From: Octopus sinensis
Taxonomy: Eukaryota
Assembly: GCF_006345805.1 (NCBI RefSeq)
Contig: NC_042998.1
Span: 32,798,001 to 32,862,000, forward strand
Reading direction: 5' to 3'
Length of the DNA: 64,000 nt
Below the pieces are notes generated by a model that searched no databases, was not told where the DNA came from, and was given only the letters and a program-made list of their open reading frames with translations. Below are positions 11,486 to 24,049 of the stretch, piece by piece; position 1 is the first letter of the stretch, and the number at the start of each line of letters is the position of its first letter. A program made the translations under genes and the position numbers.

Positions 11486-11790
11486 CATCATCATTGTTTA
11501 ACGTCCGTTTTCCATGCTACCATGGGTTGGACGGTTTGACCGGGGTCTGGGAAGCCAGGAGGCTGCACCAGGCTCTAGTTTGATCTTGCAGTGTTTCTAC
11601 AGCTGGATGCCCTTCCTCACACCAACCACTCCGTGAGTGTAGTTGGTGCATTTTATGTGCCACCGGCACGGAAGCCAGTCAAGGCGGCACTGGCATCAGC
11701 CATGTTCGGATGGTGCATTTTACGTGTCACTAGCACTGGTATCACAACTACAATTTCCATTTGATTTTTTGATGTTGATGTACTTGACTC
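11486..11790 (-). mobile_element. RTE-clade LINE 3' UTR fragment, inverted relative to 10992-11430
   Basis: Reverse complement of the same tail; a further copy is at 35752-36102 (-). Confidence 0.75.
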
Positions 11791-11822
11791 AAAAGAAATA
11801 TATATAAAAAGAAACAACAACA

Positions 11823-11869
<47 letters not shown>

Positions 11870-11959
11870 TATATACACATGCATATGCATACATACACAT
11901 GTTAATATACAGATATGCCCGTGGCTATTGGAGTCTTATGAATCGTCTCCTCAAGCACA

Positions 11960-11990
<31 letters not shown>

Positions 11991-12083
11991 ATCCAAACAA
12001 AGAAGAACAAACAATAAAAAACTAACTCGAGGACGTGGTACAAGTACTGTATTATCAGACACTCAGGAAAGGAAGGAAAGAGG

Positions 12084-12118
12084 ATTTAACGTTTCGAGCT
12101 AAGCTCTTCGTCAGAAAT
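12084..12118 (-). ncRNA. Minimal type I hammerhead motif (family B)
   Basis: Minus strand: attt CTGACGA a gagc tta gctc GAAAC GTT aaat. Lies in a dispersed repeat (11988-12170) whose second copy is at 22270-22450. Confidence 0.75.
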
Positions 12119-12781
12119 AGAGGAAAGTCCAAGGGAAGGGAAGACAGAGGAAGAAAATCACCAATAATACACACACAGTTACATACATACATATAGACAG
12201 ACACAGACAGCAAATAAGTAAAATGTCCAGGTATCAGTGCATTGTGGCCGTTTCAAGCAGCTTCATTTAATCAGTCAATGAAAACATTACATCAATTTGA
12301 AATAAACCGCTCTCCTTGGAAGCAGACGACCATATAGATTTCCAACATACGAGGTACACCATTATATTTCTTAGTAAATTTTTCATCAGTACTAGAGACT
12401 AAGATTATCAGATTGAATCTCTTTGCTATTTTTGTGGCAGAATGAATTTAAGGGGAAAAAAATACTTTAAGCCTATTATAGTTTAGAGTGGCAGAAGAAA
12501 ATAATGGTGGGTCAAGAAAGTGGAATGGTGGTATTCATTTTTCAAAATGAATATCACATTCAAAAGACTCAATGCAACACGTAGTCTACAAGCCCTTGGA
12601 ATTAAATCAAGTGGGGATTGACAGTTAAGTTCTTGTTGGTGGTGATAAATTGATTTATGTCAGATATATATACATATACATATATATATATCATCAGTGG
12701 ATCCTATGTACAAAAAGGGAGCACTCTCTACAGGATAGAGTAGTAATGTATTTACCTGAAGTTAAATATATGTCCGGTCAT

Positions 12782-12843
12782 AGACTGACCAATGGTTTCA
12801 CATCCATAAAGCACTTAGCTTTATAGACGATTCATCAGACTCC
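12782..12843 (-). ncRNA. Type I hammerhead motif (family C), slightly degenerate
   Basis: Minus strand: ggagt CTGATGA at cgtctataaagc taagt gctttatggatg t GAAAC cattg GTC agtct. 12-bp stem II with two G-U pairs, 3-bp stem III, GUC triplet, one mismatch in stem I. Confidence 0.6.
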
Positions 12844-12893
12844 ATTAGCTGCGGGCATATCTGTATATTAACATGTGTATGTATGCATATGCA

Positions 12894-12972
<79 letters not shown>

Positions 12973-14854
12973 TGTTGTTGTTTCTTTTTATATATATTTC
13001 TTTCAATTAAATGCTTTTATCTATTCCTTTTTGACACAAGGCCAGCAATTTTAGGGGTTGCGTTAGTTGAATACATTGACCACCAGTACTTTGACCATAA
13101 AAGAACGAAAAGCAAAAGTGACCACGATAGAATTTGAACTCTGTGCATAAAGAGCTGGAAGAGATGGTGCTAAGCATTGTTGTCCCATGTGCTAATGATT
13201 CTACTAAGTTGTTGTCTTAAGACATAAATGTGTGTGTGTGTGAAAAAGAAAGAGAGTTTAGGTTTGCATGTTATTATGTATGTGTGTGTGAGTACTTGAG
13301 AGTGTGTGTGTTTGTGTGTGTATGAATTAGTTTGACCTCAGTTCAAATGTTTTTAAATATCTTAATTTTACTTTCATATTTCTTTCTCAAACTCAAAATA
13401 GGTGTCAAGACATTTCGCAACTTTTGTACCATGAGAAATTGGTAAAGTTTCTGCTTCTTTGAATTATATAATACTTACATGGTATTTTCTATAATATTTT
13501 GATGCTAAACTTTGTTATCTTTCTACCATCATCTGCTTCGTTGTCATTGAAATCGCCATAAATCATGTTTATCTGTTCTCTGCGAATGAATAGATTACAG
13601 AAAGTAGACATCTGTCATTATTTTATAGCATCTTTTATGCAAAATAATCTCATACTCTTTGTGTAGTGTCTGGTGTCTTGACATGACTCTCATTAGCTCT
13701 GTTAACCAATTTCTAAATAATAAGGAATTGTGAACTGTGTATAGCTGACTCTTGTGAAGAATGCTATTAGTAATGAATGTCTTAGTAAAATTTCTGGCGC
13801 TGCATTTGAAACCGCTGCTGGTCTGTAGGAAGTTGTGGAAAAATACTCAAATATACAGCAGGGAATTGTGTTGAGCCAAAAGTTTTGCAGTATTTTATTC
13901 TGTTGTGTCTGGGGAGAGTAATTTTCTTTTTGTGCCTTATTATGTAACACATTCGCCGGTAAAATTTCCATGTTTTTCTAATTTTTATTGTCCTAAAATT
14001 TTCGTTGCGTCTTGCAACCTTTTCAATAGTCTTGACTCTGTCCGTTATTTACACTGCATTCCCTTTTGATTGTTTGTTTGTGCGCATGTGTGTGGGTCAG
14101 TGTGTGTGTGTGTGCCTATACATGCATGCTTGTATGTATATATGTATGTGTGTGTTTGCATGTGTATGTATATATGTGTGTGTATGCATATGTATATATG
14201 TATGTATGTGTGTGCATCTGTATGTACGTACCCTGCATATTTATGTGCTTGCATGTCCGTGTTTGTGTATTTTCTATGTATGTGTGTGTGAGCATGTATT
14301 TATATATGTATGCACCTCTGTCTCCTTGTGTGTGCATGTCTGTGTGCATGTGTGTGTTATGCAACTTTGTACCATGTTTGTATGTATGGATGTGCATCTT
14401 TATATGTGTGGATCCGTGTCTCCATATGTGTCTGTTCATATAGCCTATATACCTATCCGTCTGTATATTGATCTGTTTATTTACATACCTATATGCTTAC
14501 ATACAGAAATATGTGTCAACTTGGGCAAATGTCTTCTGACATAGCCTCAAGTTGATAGTTAGGCTAAGCTCACTCTATTGAGCACTTTGTTAAATTCATG
14601 CTTAAAAGTTTCATACCTGATGCATTTTAGAAATGTGTGTGTGTGATGGTAAAAGACACATTTACAAAGGAGCCATGCATAAACTGGTGTTGTTGAACAA
14701 AACTCTTTGTAGTGTTTACTCTTCAGGTTGCATAGACATTCTCTTGTCACTTTCTCTATTAAAAGTGCGATGAGCCAGAGACAGAATAACAAAGCCCAAA
14801 TCCTCAATGACACTAGTTTTCACAAAATGCTTGAGAAAAGGCATTACTCTCTCT

Positions 14855-15260
14855 TTACTCTTTTTTACTTTTTTCAGTCATTTGACTGTGGCCATGCTGG
14901 GGCACCGCCTTTAGTCGAACAAATCGACCCCGGGACTTATTCTTTGTAAGCCCAGTACTTATTCTATTGGTCTCTTTTGCCGAACCGCTAAGTGACGAGG
15001 ACGTAAACACACCAGCATCAGATGTCAAGCAATGCTAGGGGGACAAACACAGACACACAAACACACACACATACTTTCACACATATATATATACATATAT
15101 ACGACAGGCTTCTTTCAGTCTAACCAAATCCACTCACAAGGCTTTGGTTAGCCCGAGGCAATAGTAGAAGATACTTGCCCAAGGCGCCACACAGTGGGAC
15201 TGAACCCGGAACCATGTGGCTGGTTATCAAGCTACTTACCACACAGCCACTCCTGCGCCT
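14855..15260 (-). mobile_element. tRNA-derived SINE family F with internal (TA/TG)n
   Basis: Head aggcgcaggagtggctgtgtggtaagtagcttg...gggttcagtcccactg; tail ccagcatggccacagtcaaatgactgaaa. Other copies at 23783-24230 (-), 43826-44228 (+), 49065-49360 (-); partial copies at 37238-37385, 46766-46925 and 57668-57960. Confidence 0.8.
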
Positions 15261-15394
15261 GACATTTCTTTTTATAAATCATTGACATTTTTGTAGTGTT
15301 TTAGATGTGTTGTTTATTTGTTTGCTCACTTGTTTTGTTGTTTTCTTTCTCTCTTTTTCCTACTTATACACATAAATGCTGCATTTAAAAATAT

Positions 15395-16495
15395 CAAAAG
15401 GTACCGATCAATTAAAATGGATGGAAGTTGCAGAAGAGGGAAATCCAGGAAGTAGTGAAGGCTGATGTTGAAACGCCGAGCATTACGAAGGAGATGACAA
15501 AGGACCCAAGTATATGGCACTCTGCTGTATTCAAAATGAACAGATCACTTCAAAAGACCAGAACAGAATTGGTATCCTGAAACCACTTGTTTGACAATGA
15601 AGGGCACTGATGCTGTACCACGTAAAAAACCTGGTGATGGTGCCACATAAAAAGCACTGGTAATGGTGCCACATAAAAAGTACTGGTGATTGTGCCACAT
15701 AAAAAGCACTGGTAATGGTGCCACATAAAAAGTACTGGTGATTGTGCCACATAAAAAGCACTGGTAATGGTGCCACATAAAAAGTACTGGTGATTGTGCC
15801 ACATAAAAAGCACTGGTAATGGTGCCACATAAAAAGTACTGGTGATTGTGCCACATAAAAAGCACTGGTAATGGTGCCACATAAAAAGTACTGGTGATTG
15901 TGCCACATAAAAAGCACTGGTAATGGTGTCACATAAAAAGTACTGGTGATTGTGCCACATAAAAAGCACTGGTAATGGTGCCACATAAAAAGCACTGGTA
16001 ATGGTGCCACATAAAAAGTACTGGTGATTGTGCCACATAAAAAGCACTGGTAATGGTGCCACATAAAAAGTACTGGTGATTGTGCCACATAAAAAGCACT
16101 GGTAATGGTGCCACATAAAAAGTACTGGTGATTGTGCCACATAAAAAGCACTGGTAATGGTGCCACATAAAAAGTACTGGTAATGGTGCCACATAAAAAG
16201 CACTGGTAATGGTGCCACATAAAAAGCACTGGTAATGGTGCCACATAAAAAGCACTGGTAATGGTGCCACATAAAAACATTGGTAATGGTGCCACATAAA
16301 AAGCACTGGTAATGGTGCCACCTAAGTGGCACCCAGTACACTCTGTAAAGTGGTTGGCATTAGGAAGGAAATCCAGCTGTAAGGGTCAAGCTAAAACTGA
16401 CTATGGGAACTGATGCAGCTCCTGGCTTTGCCAGTTCCTGTCAAACCGTCTAACCCTTGCCAGCATGGAATACGGACGTTAAATGATGATGATGG
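15395..16495 (+). mobile_element. 5'-truncated decayed RTE-clade LINE
   Basis: 15410-15545 gives a decayed ..MDGSCRRGKSRK..VVKADVETPSITKEMTKDPSIWHSAVF, like the RTE C-terminal GRGRPRKTW...MTxDRxxW motif; ends ggacgttaaatgatgatgatg. Confidence 0.65.
15616..16321 (+). repeat. 26-bp minisatellite, about 26-27 units, with 52-bp higher-order alternation
   Basis: Units X gccacataaaaagcactggtaatggt and Y gccacataaaaagtactggtgattgt mostly alternate. Confidence 0.95.
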
Positions 16496-19009
16496 TAGTG
16501 GTGGTGGTGGTGGTGGTGGCGATCGGGCATACACAAACAAATAAACAAACATACTTACTCATTCAGGCATAAAGAATTAGCAGCTGTTCCATACACTCGC
16601 ACATATATGCACACACAGATACATAGATGCACACAGATATATTCATATAAAACATAACATTTATATATGTTAGTCTTTGTAAAAAAAACATGTCTACTAG
16701 CTATAAAAGATAATATATCGATATTTTACCTTGTATGTATGTGTATATTTGCTGCCTTTAATTTTCAGATAAATGAAACACAAACATATTAATTTCCTTC
16801 AATTAAGTCTTAAAACTGATATTCAAATTTGCATCTTCTCTTTCTTGCTAATTAGTTGCGTACAGTGATCAATATTTGAAAGTTTTCAGAAAATTTTTCC
16901 CCAAAACATAATTTACTAAAATGTTGAGCTAATTTCAATTTTTTTTTCAGTATCACTAAAAAAAATTTTTTTAAAGGATAGCATTCATTTATTACAAATA
17001 TCGATGGTTTTAACAGCTAATGTGACAGATTCTAAGTTGCTGTTCGACCGTCAAGAAATAGCAGTCAAATTTTACTCAAATAACACGCTTCCATTAAACA
17101 AAATGCAGGAGTATATTAGACCATATAGTTCTAGATAGACAGGCAGACAGGATAAATGCTGTTGAAATAGTTTTAACTATAGATGTGCCCCAAAACGATA
17201 AACAACACTAAACCATAACAACTAGTCATTTGAGAGGAGAAAGTATTTGCAGAAAGGATGCAGAACACTTGCTACTACCAGTGTCAGGAATAAAGAGACA
17301 GGGAAATCTTACTGGAACAGATTTCAGAATGACAAGATTGTGTGAGAGAATAAGGAGCCTTCCCCAAGTAGGGGCCAACATATAGAGCAACTACTGAAGT
17401 TAGCAGCTGTTCATTTGAAAGTGTTTGAAGCTCGGTGGCCCAAAGGTAATTAGGAGGAGAAAGGTATGGAAGCTCAGGGACTCTTTCTGCCGCATATGTC
17501 CTTGACAAATGATCGAGTATTTTACTGGAGATGATCCATTCAACCTATGCAACCATGGAAACCGGACGGCAATTGATGATGACGACGACGATGATCAAAG
17601 TAGTGGTGGTGTGTGTTGGTGGTGATGATGATTATGATGATGATCCTCCCACCTTTTACATTTTCACAGCCCACCTTTAACGGCTGTCTTTCATTTCTTA
17701 AAATGCTTTCAGAAATTTTAATCATGGCACTTTTACTTTCAGCCGACAATTTGCAAATACATTCCCAGATACACTCTTCCTGAAAAGAAAAAAAACTCGA
17801 ATAATTTTGATCATAAGTTTGTGTTTTTAAAGCTGACCTGCGCAAAAAACAACTTTATTAAAGGATGGCTTACGTATAGAGATGCTTGCTTGCTCCGTGG
17901 ATACAATATAAAATATAGTAAAATGACTAATTGTTGTTGTTGTTATGGTTTAGTGTTGTTTATCATTTTGGAGCAGATCTATAGTTAAAACTATTAAGGC
18001 GGCGAGCTGGCAGAAACGTTAGTACGCCGGGCGAAATACGTAGCCGTATTTCGTCTGCCGATACGTTCTGAGTTCAAATTCCGCCGAGGTCGACTTTGCC
18101 TTTCATCCTTTCGGGGTTGATTAAATAAGTGCCAGTTGCATTCTGGGGTCTATCTAATCGACTGGCCCCCTCCACAAAAATTTCGGGCCTTGTGCCTAGA
18201 GTAGAAACGAATATTTTTAAGAAGGTGGCGAGCTGGCAGAAACGTTAGAATACCGTTAGAGCGTTAGAGTAGAAAAGAATCTACTGGACATTGTCACTAT
18301 CATTTGATCTCTTGATTTGTTGGGACTTTGATGCAACTACAAATCTGGTTTGTATCCCACATCATGTTTTCTCATGGAAATTCTCACACTTGTAGCGAGA
18401 CCAATTTCTCACTGTAGCAAGACCAATTTGTAGAATTGCATATTTCGAAAGCATTAAGTCGGTTTGTATAAGTTCTCACCACGCTAATGTGTTGTGATTG
18501 ATTAAAATACCTATCAAATCAGTTATTGGATGCTTATTAATCCCTGTGTTGTGAATAGTTGCGTTGCAATTGGATCGAAGGTCCAATCACGTTTTGTGTA
18601 ATATATTTGAAACGACTAAACCCGTACGTGTCCTGGAGCCTCCTTTTTCCATAAATCGGTGCGTCAAATTATTGACGATTCAAGGGCGGGGGAGAGTTTT
18701 CACCGAAGCGAGTTTTTCAGATCCTACTGTTTTCATAGGAGAATTGACACATAACGAAGCTCATGCAGCCAATGATGATCCAAGCTGAATTATCAAAATG
18801 ATGGATGAATAACGACCAACAGAACTTGCAGTGTTTCTTGCTGTGATCCACTGTACCCCTTTAAGAAGGAATAAAGCTACACTGTTATTTTAAAGTTGGT
18901 TTCTTTCGTTGTTTATACGAATGAACACACAAACTGTATTATGCAATGATATACATGATTCTTTAATAAAACCAGGGAGGCTTTTCTACGTAAAATCATT
19001 GCAAATTTC

Positions 19010-19041
19010 TCTCTCTCTTTCTCTATCTATCTATCTCCCTT

Positions 19042-19108
<67 letters not shown>

Positions 19109-19113
19109 CCCTT

Positions 19114-19144
<31 letters not shown>

Positions 19145-19149
19145 CCCTT

Positions 19150-19200
<51 letters not shown>

Positions 19201-19205
19201 CCCTT

Positions 19206-19260
<55 letters not shown>

Positions 19261-19297
19261 CCCTTTCTATCTATCTATCTATCTATATATCTCCCTT

Positions 19298-19364
<67 letters not shown>

Positions 19365-19369
19365 CCCTT

Positions 19370-19444
<75 letters not shown>

Positions 19445-19456
19445 CCCTTTCTATCT
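19010..19456 (+). repeat. (TATC)n microsatellite punctuated by tcccttt spacers
   Basis: Directly visible; abuts the Tx1 element. Confidence 0.95.
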
Positions 19457-21850
19457 GGAGATCTCTTGGCGGCGGTGTACTGCAACTGGCAGCAAAACGG
19501 GAGCATTCCTGGTTTTGTGAGCCGAGGAGCCGTAACACTGCTGAAGAAAGATCTAAACAAGGGAAATGTAATAGATAACTTTAGGCCCATCACTCTGCTT
19601 AATGCAGACTTGAAAATTTTGGCCAAGGTGCTAGCCAAGAGGTTGGCACTTGTCATCAAGAAACTGGTCGACAAGGCGCAAACATGCGCCGTGCCAGGCC
19701 GGACCATCCATGACAACCTCCATCTGATGCGCTACATCATAGACAGGGTAGTTAACGAACCTGGCATGGGTGGGGCCCTGATCAACTTGGATCAATCGAA
19801 AGCCTTTGATAGGGTAGACCATCGATACTTGGAGGCAGTCCTGAGAGCAGCTGGTTTTGGTCCCGTCTTCTGCGGCTGGATAGCTGCCTTATACAGAGGC
19901 ATCCGTTCGGTAATTCGTGTAAATGGACATCTATCGAGACCTTTCGACATTGCACGTTCGGTCCGTCAGGGATGCCCCCTCTCGGCGCTTCTATACGTAT
20001 TGAATCTTGAGCCACTACTGCGGAAGCTGGCGACTCTAAGGGGCATCCCGCGAGAATTGGGATGCGGGACGAGCGTGTCTGCATACGCGAACGACGTCAC
20101 CGTCATAGTGTCTAGCCACCAGCACATCGAGCTGGTCGGCGAGACATTGAAAAACTACGAAGCGGTGACAGGAGCGAAAATCAACCGGGAAAAGTCAGTG
20201 GGCTTGCGACTAGGCACCTGGAGAAGCAAGCCCATGCCGTCCACCAGCGCCTCCGTCGTGGGACGCTGGACCGACGGCCCGGTTGAGTTGCTCGGGGTCT
20301 GGTTTGGTCCGGACCTCCAAGTGGAGAAGAACTGGAACGAGATAACGAGTAGGGTGGTCACTCTCGCCCGGCAATGGGCCGAGAGGAAACTGTCCCTAAA
20401 AGGTCGAGCGGAGGTGGCGAACACGTACATCGCGTCCGTCATCTACTACCGCCTGACCGTCGTACCTTGTCCCGACCCTACCATCACCAAACTACAACGC
20501 ATCCTCTTTCGCTTCTTGTGGAAAGGATGCGTCCCGATGGTCAGGCGATCCATTTGCTGTCAACACCCGTTAAAAGGAGGGCTGGGCATGCCATGGTTGA
20601 TGATGCGCAGACACGCGCTGAGACTGCGACATCTCTGGCTCTATGTAGACGACGGTGAACAGGTGTGGTCGCCGTTTGTGAGGCACGCTTTCCCGCAGCT
20701 CGTCTCCATGACCGAACTGCAGTCGTGGATCAAAAAGAGGCCGAGGAAGGGCGAATGGCACCGCGAGTGTCGCGTTGCTCTCAAGCAACTCTGCCGTCCT
20801 GGGTCGACCTTAAGTGACTTCAACACAACCAAAGCATTCTATAGGGGTTTAGTGGAGGGGAGGTACGACGACGAGCTCGGGGCGAACCTGGACGTCGACG
20901 AGGAGTACCTGACCCGCCTGTTCAGGACGACTTTTGGGCCAGGGCCCATGGACAACTTCCAGAGATCCCTGGCCTGGCAGTGCTACCGAGAAGCGCTACC
21001 CGTTCGGGATAAGCTCTACAGACACGGCTCGAGAAACACGGGGCCGACCTGCCCGAGATGCGGTCAGAGCGACGAAACCGTTCTGCACGCACTCGTTCAG
21101 TGTCCAACAATTTCCGACCTGTGGGCTTATGTCGAACAACTGCTGTCACGTGTGGGACGAGTCGGTTTATCAGCTGAGTCTATCGTCAATATTGTCACGC
21201 CTCCTTCCTTCAAACGGGAAGGAAGAGCTATTTTCATCATCCTTGTGGCTATGGCGAAAGAATGTATCTGGTGGACGCGTCTGAAAGGATTGGAGACAAA
21301 CACTTTCCTCTCTGGTCAATCTCTCATCAACTTCTTCAAGTACCACTTGAAAAGGAAAGTGAGAGTAGAGAGGCAAGTTTTGTCTAGCGAATGTTTTAAA
21401 AAAAGATGGGTGAATGTAGCAAGAATGGCACGTATGAATGACGAAGCCACCTTGAGCATAGTCCTATGAACCCAGAAATCGAAAACAGAGAGTTGCTTAT
21501 TTGCAAAAAAAAAAAAAAAAAAAAAGAAATATAAAATGTGACTTCATTGACCGAGGTTACCGTGGTCTTTTCCGTAGGCTTTTCTTTCCACGGGTAAACC
21601 TCACCTGTCCTCCCCTTTACACTTCATATTGACATTTCTGTGATAATGATCCCTATTGATCAATTTTTTTTTCCTCTCCCCCTTTTTTTTAACCCCCCTT
21701 TTTTTTGTCCTCTTTCTCTCCTTTTACGATCCCTTTTGATCGAAAGTCCCTCTTCCTTTTTTTTTTTTTTTTTTAAAACCTTCAAAAGAAAAGCTCTACC
21801 TTGTAATTTGTTCTATCTGTGTGCAGCCCTGTGTGGCTAATAAAGAAACA
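19457..21850 (+). mobile_element. Tx1-clade (L1 group) non-LTR retrotransposon, 5'-truncated, inserted in (TATC)n
   Basis: RT ORF, T-rich 3' UTR, ends gctaataaagaaaca; (TATC)n on both sides; much higher GC than the flanks. Confidence 0.85.
19466..21469 (+). CDS. Partial ORF2: reverse transcriptase and C-terminal CCHC zinc finger of a Tx1/L1-type LINE
   Basis: [46 protein letters not shown] (YADD position), [23 protein letters not shown]. The TTG start is not a real start; the element is truncated. Confidence 0.9.
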   Translation: MAAVYCNWQQNGSIPGFVSRGAVTLLKKDLNKGNVIDNFRPITLLNADLKILAKVLAKRLALVIKKLVDKAQTCAVPGRTIHDNLHLMRYIIDRVVNEPGMGGALINLDQSKAFDRVDHRYLEAVLRAAGFGPVFCGWIAALYRGIRSVIRVNGHLSRPFDIARSVRQGCPLSALLYVLNLEPLLRKLATLRGIPRELGCGTSVSAYANDVTVIVSSHQHIELVGETLKNYEAVTGAKINREKSVGLRLGTWRSKPMPSTSASVVGRWTDGPVELLGVWFGPDLQVEKNWNEITSRVVTLARQWAERKLSLKGRAEVANTYIASVIYYRLTVVPCPDPTITKLQRILFRFLWKGCVPMVRRSICCQHPLKGGLGMPWLMMRRHALRLRHLWLYVDDGEQVWSPFVRHAFPQLVSMTELQSWIKKRPRKGEWHRECRVALKQLCRPGSTLSDFNTTKAFYRGLVEGRYDDELGANLDVDEEYLTRLFRTTFGPGPMDNFQRSLAWQCYREALPVRDKLYRHGSRNTGPTCPRCGQSDETVLHALVQCPTISDLWAYVEQLLSRVGRVGLSAESIVNIVTPPSFKREGRAIFIILVAMAKECIWWTRLKGLETNTFLSGQSLINFFKYHLKRKVRVERQVLSSECFKKRWVNVARMARMNDEATLSIVL

Positions 21851-21898
<48 letters not shown>

Positions 21899-21902
21899 CA
21901 TC

Positions 21903-21957
<55 letters not shown>
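21851..21957. repeat. (TATC)n switching to (GATA)n: inverted microsatellite
   Basis: tatctatcca tcta gatagatag junction near 21900. Confidence 0.9.
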
Positions 21958-22370
21958 CTTTCAAATACAATAAAAGCCCTTTGTGCCCACACAAAACTGG
22001 CATTTACAGTGTAAGAGCTGCATGTGATAATGGGGCGATCAAGGAGAACGGCTCCTCTTGTCTTCAAGTCATCGCAAAATTTGCTTCATTTTAGAAGCAG
22101 AATACATACATTAATTACTTACTCAGCATCGAAAACACTTATCTTCAGGTTCTTCAAGACAATCACTATCAATACTAGTAGGCTAAACAATATTGTTTTT
22201 ATGTTTTCGTTTCTGATTGTAGTCAATGTTTTTTTGATGTCCTGTACCCATATATACATATATACATATAAAGTTAATCCAAGCATGAAAGCACAAAAAA
22301 ACACAACAACGCGTGGACGTGGAACAAATATAGTATTATTGGACGCTCAGGAAAGAGGGAAAGAAGGAGG

Positions 22371-22405
22371 GTTTAACGTTTCGAGCGGAGCTCTTCGTCG
22401 GAAAC
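22371..22405 (-). ncRNA. Minimal type I hammerhead motif (family B, U4C variant)
   Basis: Minus strand: gttt CCGACGA a gagc tcc gctc GAAAC GTT aaac. Confidence 0.6.
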
Positions 22406-22555
22406 ATAGGAGAAGGAAAGATCCAGAGAATGGAAGACAGAGGAAAAAGAATATATATATATACATATATATATAGGTATGTACATATACGTATGTATAT
22501 ATGCATATATATATATATCTTGAGAGAAACAGAGATATCGATAGCTAGATAAATT

Positions 22556-22602
<47 letters not shown>

Positions 22603-23999
22603 TCAGTGCACATTTGATAAGCGTAAGTTTTATTAGCCTTCTGCGGTTTCCCATTCTGCCGAATTCTCTTGAATATTGCGTTTATGTGGTTAACAATAAC
22701 TTATTTTGACAAAGCAAAGAAGAGAGGATTGTCCTATCATTAGATTCAAATTCAACTGTTATTAAGAAAGTGGACTTAAAATACTAAATTTCATCAAATG
22801 TTAATGATTTAATTCGTAAAACTAAAGTATTGCTATCAACTACTTTCTTTTAGCCCTTACCAAAATCATGGCACTCATTTAAGAAACATTTGATGTTGCA
22901 AGTTAACCTATTTCCTTTGCAAGTGTAATCACTTGTAATTTATTTTCAATAGGCAATTTTCTCAGTGAATATAATTTGCAATGAATTTTACTGAAATATA
23001 AATAACATCAAGATAGTGAAAGCATTTATTGGAGAAATCTTTCACTCCTTTGTATTCCTTTACGTTAAAAATACGAAGGATAATTCTTGTGAAATAGGTT
23101 TTGCTTGAAAAGTGCAACAGGAAATAAGTTGCCAAGCTCTGGTTAATGAAATAAATGGTAAAGACAAATTGAATAAAATCTCGCAAGATCCACCGATCGT
23201 TTTTTGTCTGAATAAGGAAGTTGCAACGTTAATATCCAATTTATATATACCAAAGCCTTCAGTCATTCAACCAATCCTGTTTCAACATTTTGCTTCTATT
23301 CAAACCACGTAAACTGTTACTTACAAAATCATAATTATGCATACGCATCGGAATCTAAGAAATACTTAAATACTCCAAAACACCCGGATCAAAAATCATC
23401 TAGATCTACTAGATACTGAATTTATCTCCACAGTCTGTTTTAAATGCAACTTCTTAGATTGTAGGTTCAATCTCACACATACCATTGGAAAACATTATTT
23501 TAATTTTTATACAACCATTATTTTCCATCAAGAGATAAAATATCATTTCCAGTGGATAATATACATTCCAAATAATGTTTCACTTATCATGTCGTGACAC
23601 CTTGGTGGAATCCAGCCAATATTTTCCTCGTTGATTCTATAAAAATAATTCCAACTTTACGTGTGGTCAATTTTAATTCTTCCTTTATGTATTAGAAGTG
23701 TATAAATTTAGGTATGGTACTTATTGCTTGAAATTAATATGAAACAGTTTTAAAGTATATCAAATGAAGTTCACAACATACTCTTTTACTCTTTTACTTG
23801 TTTCAGTCATTTGACTGTGGCCATGCTGGAGCACAGTCTTTAGTCGAGCAAATCAACCCCAGGACTTATTCTTTGTAAGCCTAGTACTTATTCTATCAGT
23901 CTCTTTTGCCGAACCACTAATGTAACGGGAACGTAAACACACCAGCATCGGTTGTCAAGCGATGTTGGGGGGAGGACAGACACAGACACATAAACATAT

Positions 24000-24049
<50 letters not shown>

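Larger units (their letters stand above)
11877..12896. mobile_element. About 1-kb segment bounded by 72-bp inverted repeats, inside (TA)n
   Basis: 11877-11948 and 12825-12896 are reverse complements with 4 mismatches; both have (TA)n outside. Confidence 0.7.

Noticed and set aside
12245-12282. Minus-strand ctgattaaatgaagctgcttgaaacggcc as a hammerhead
   Set aside because: The core is disrupted; at best a decayed relic.
15616-16321. CRISPR-like appearance of regular short repeats (also 586-774)
   Set aside because: The units are contiguous with no unique spacers, the context is eukaryotic, and there are no cas genes.
15531-16341. 254-263 aa repetitive ORFs on the minus strand
   Set aside because: Stop-free readings of the 26-bp minisatellite in all three frames; no coding signal.
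19631-21376. Antisense and alternate-frame ORFs over the Tx1 and Dong elements
   Set aside because: Shadow ORFs of GC-richer coding TE sequence.
22962-23186. Hydrophobic ORF vaguely like a GPCR TM7/helix 8
   Set aside because: No NPxxY-type motif; upstream frames are full of stops; T-rich DNA yields such peptides by chance.
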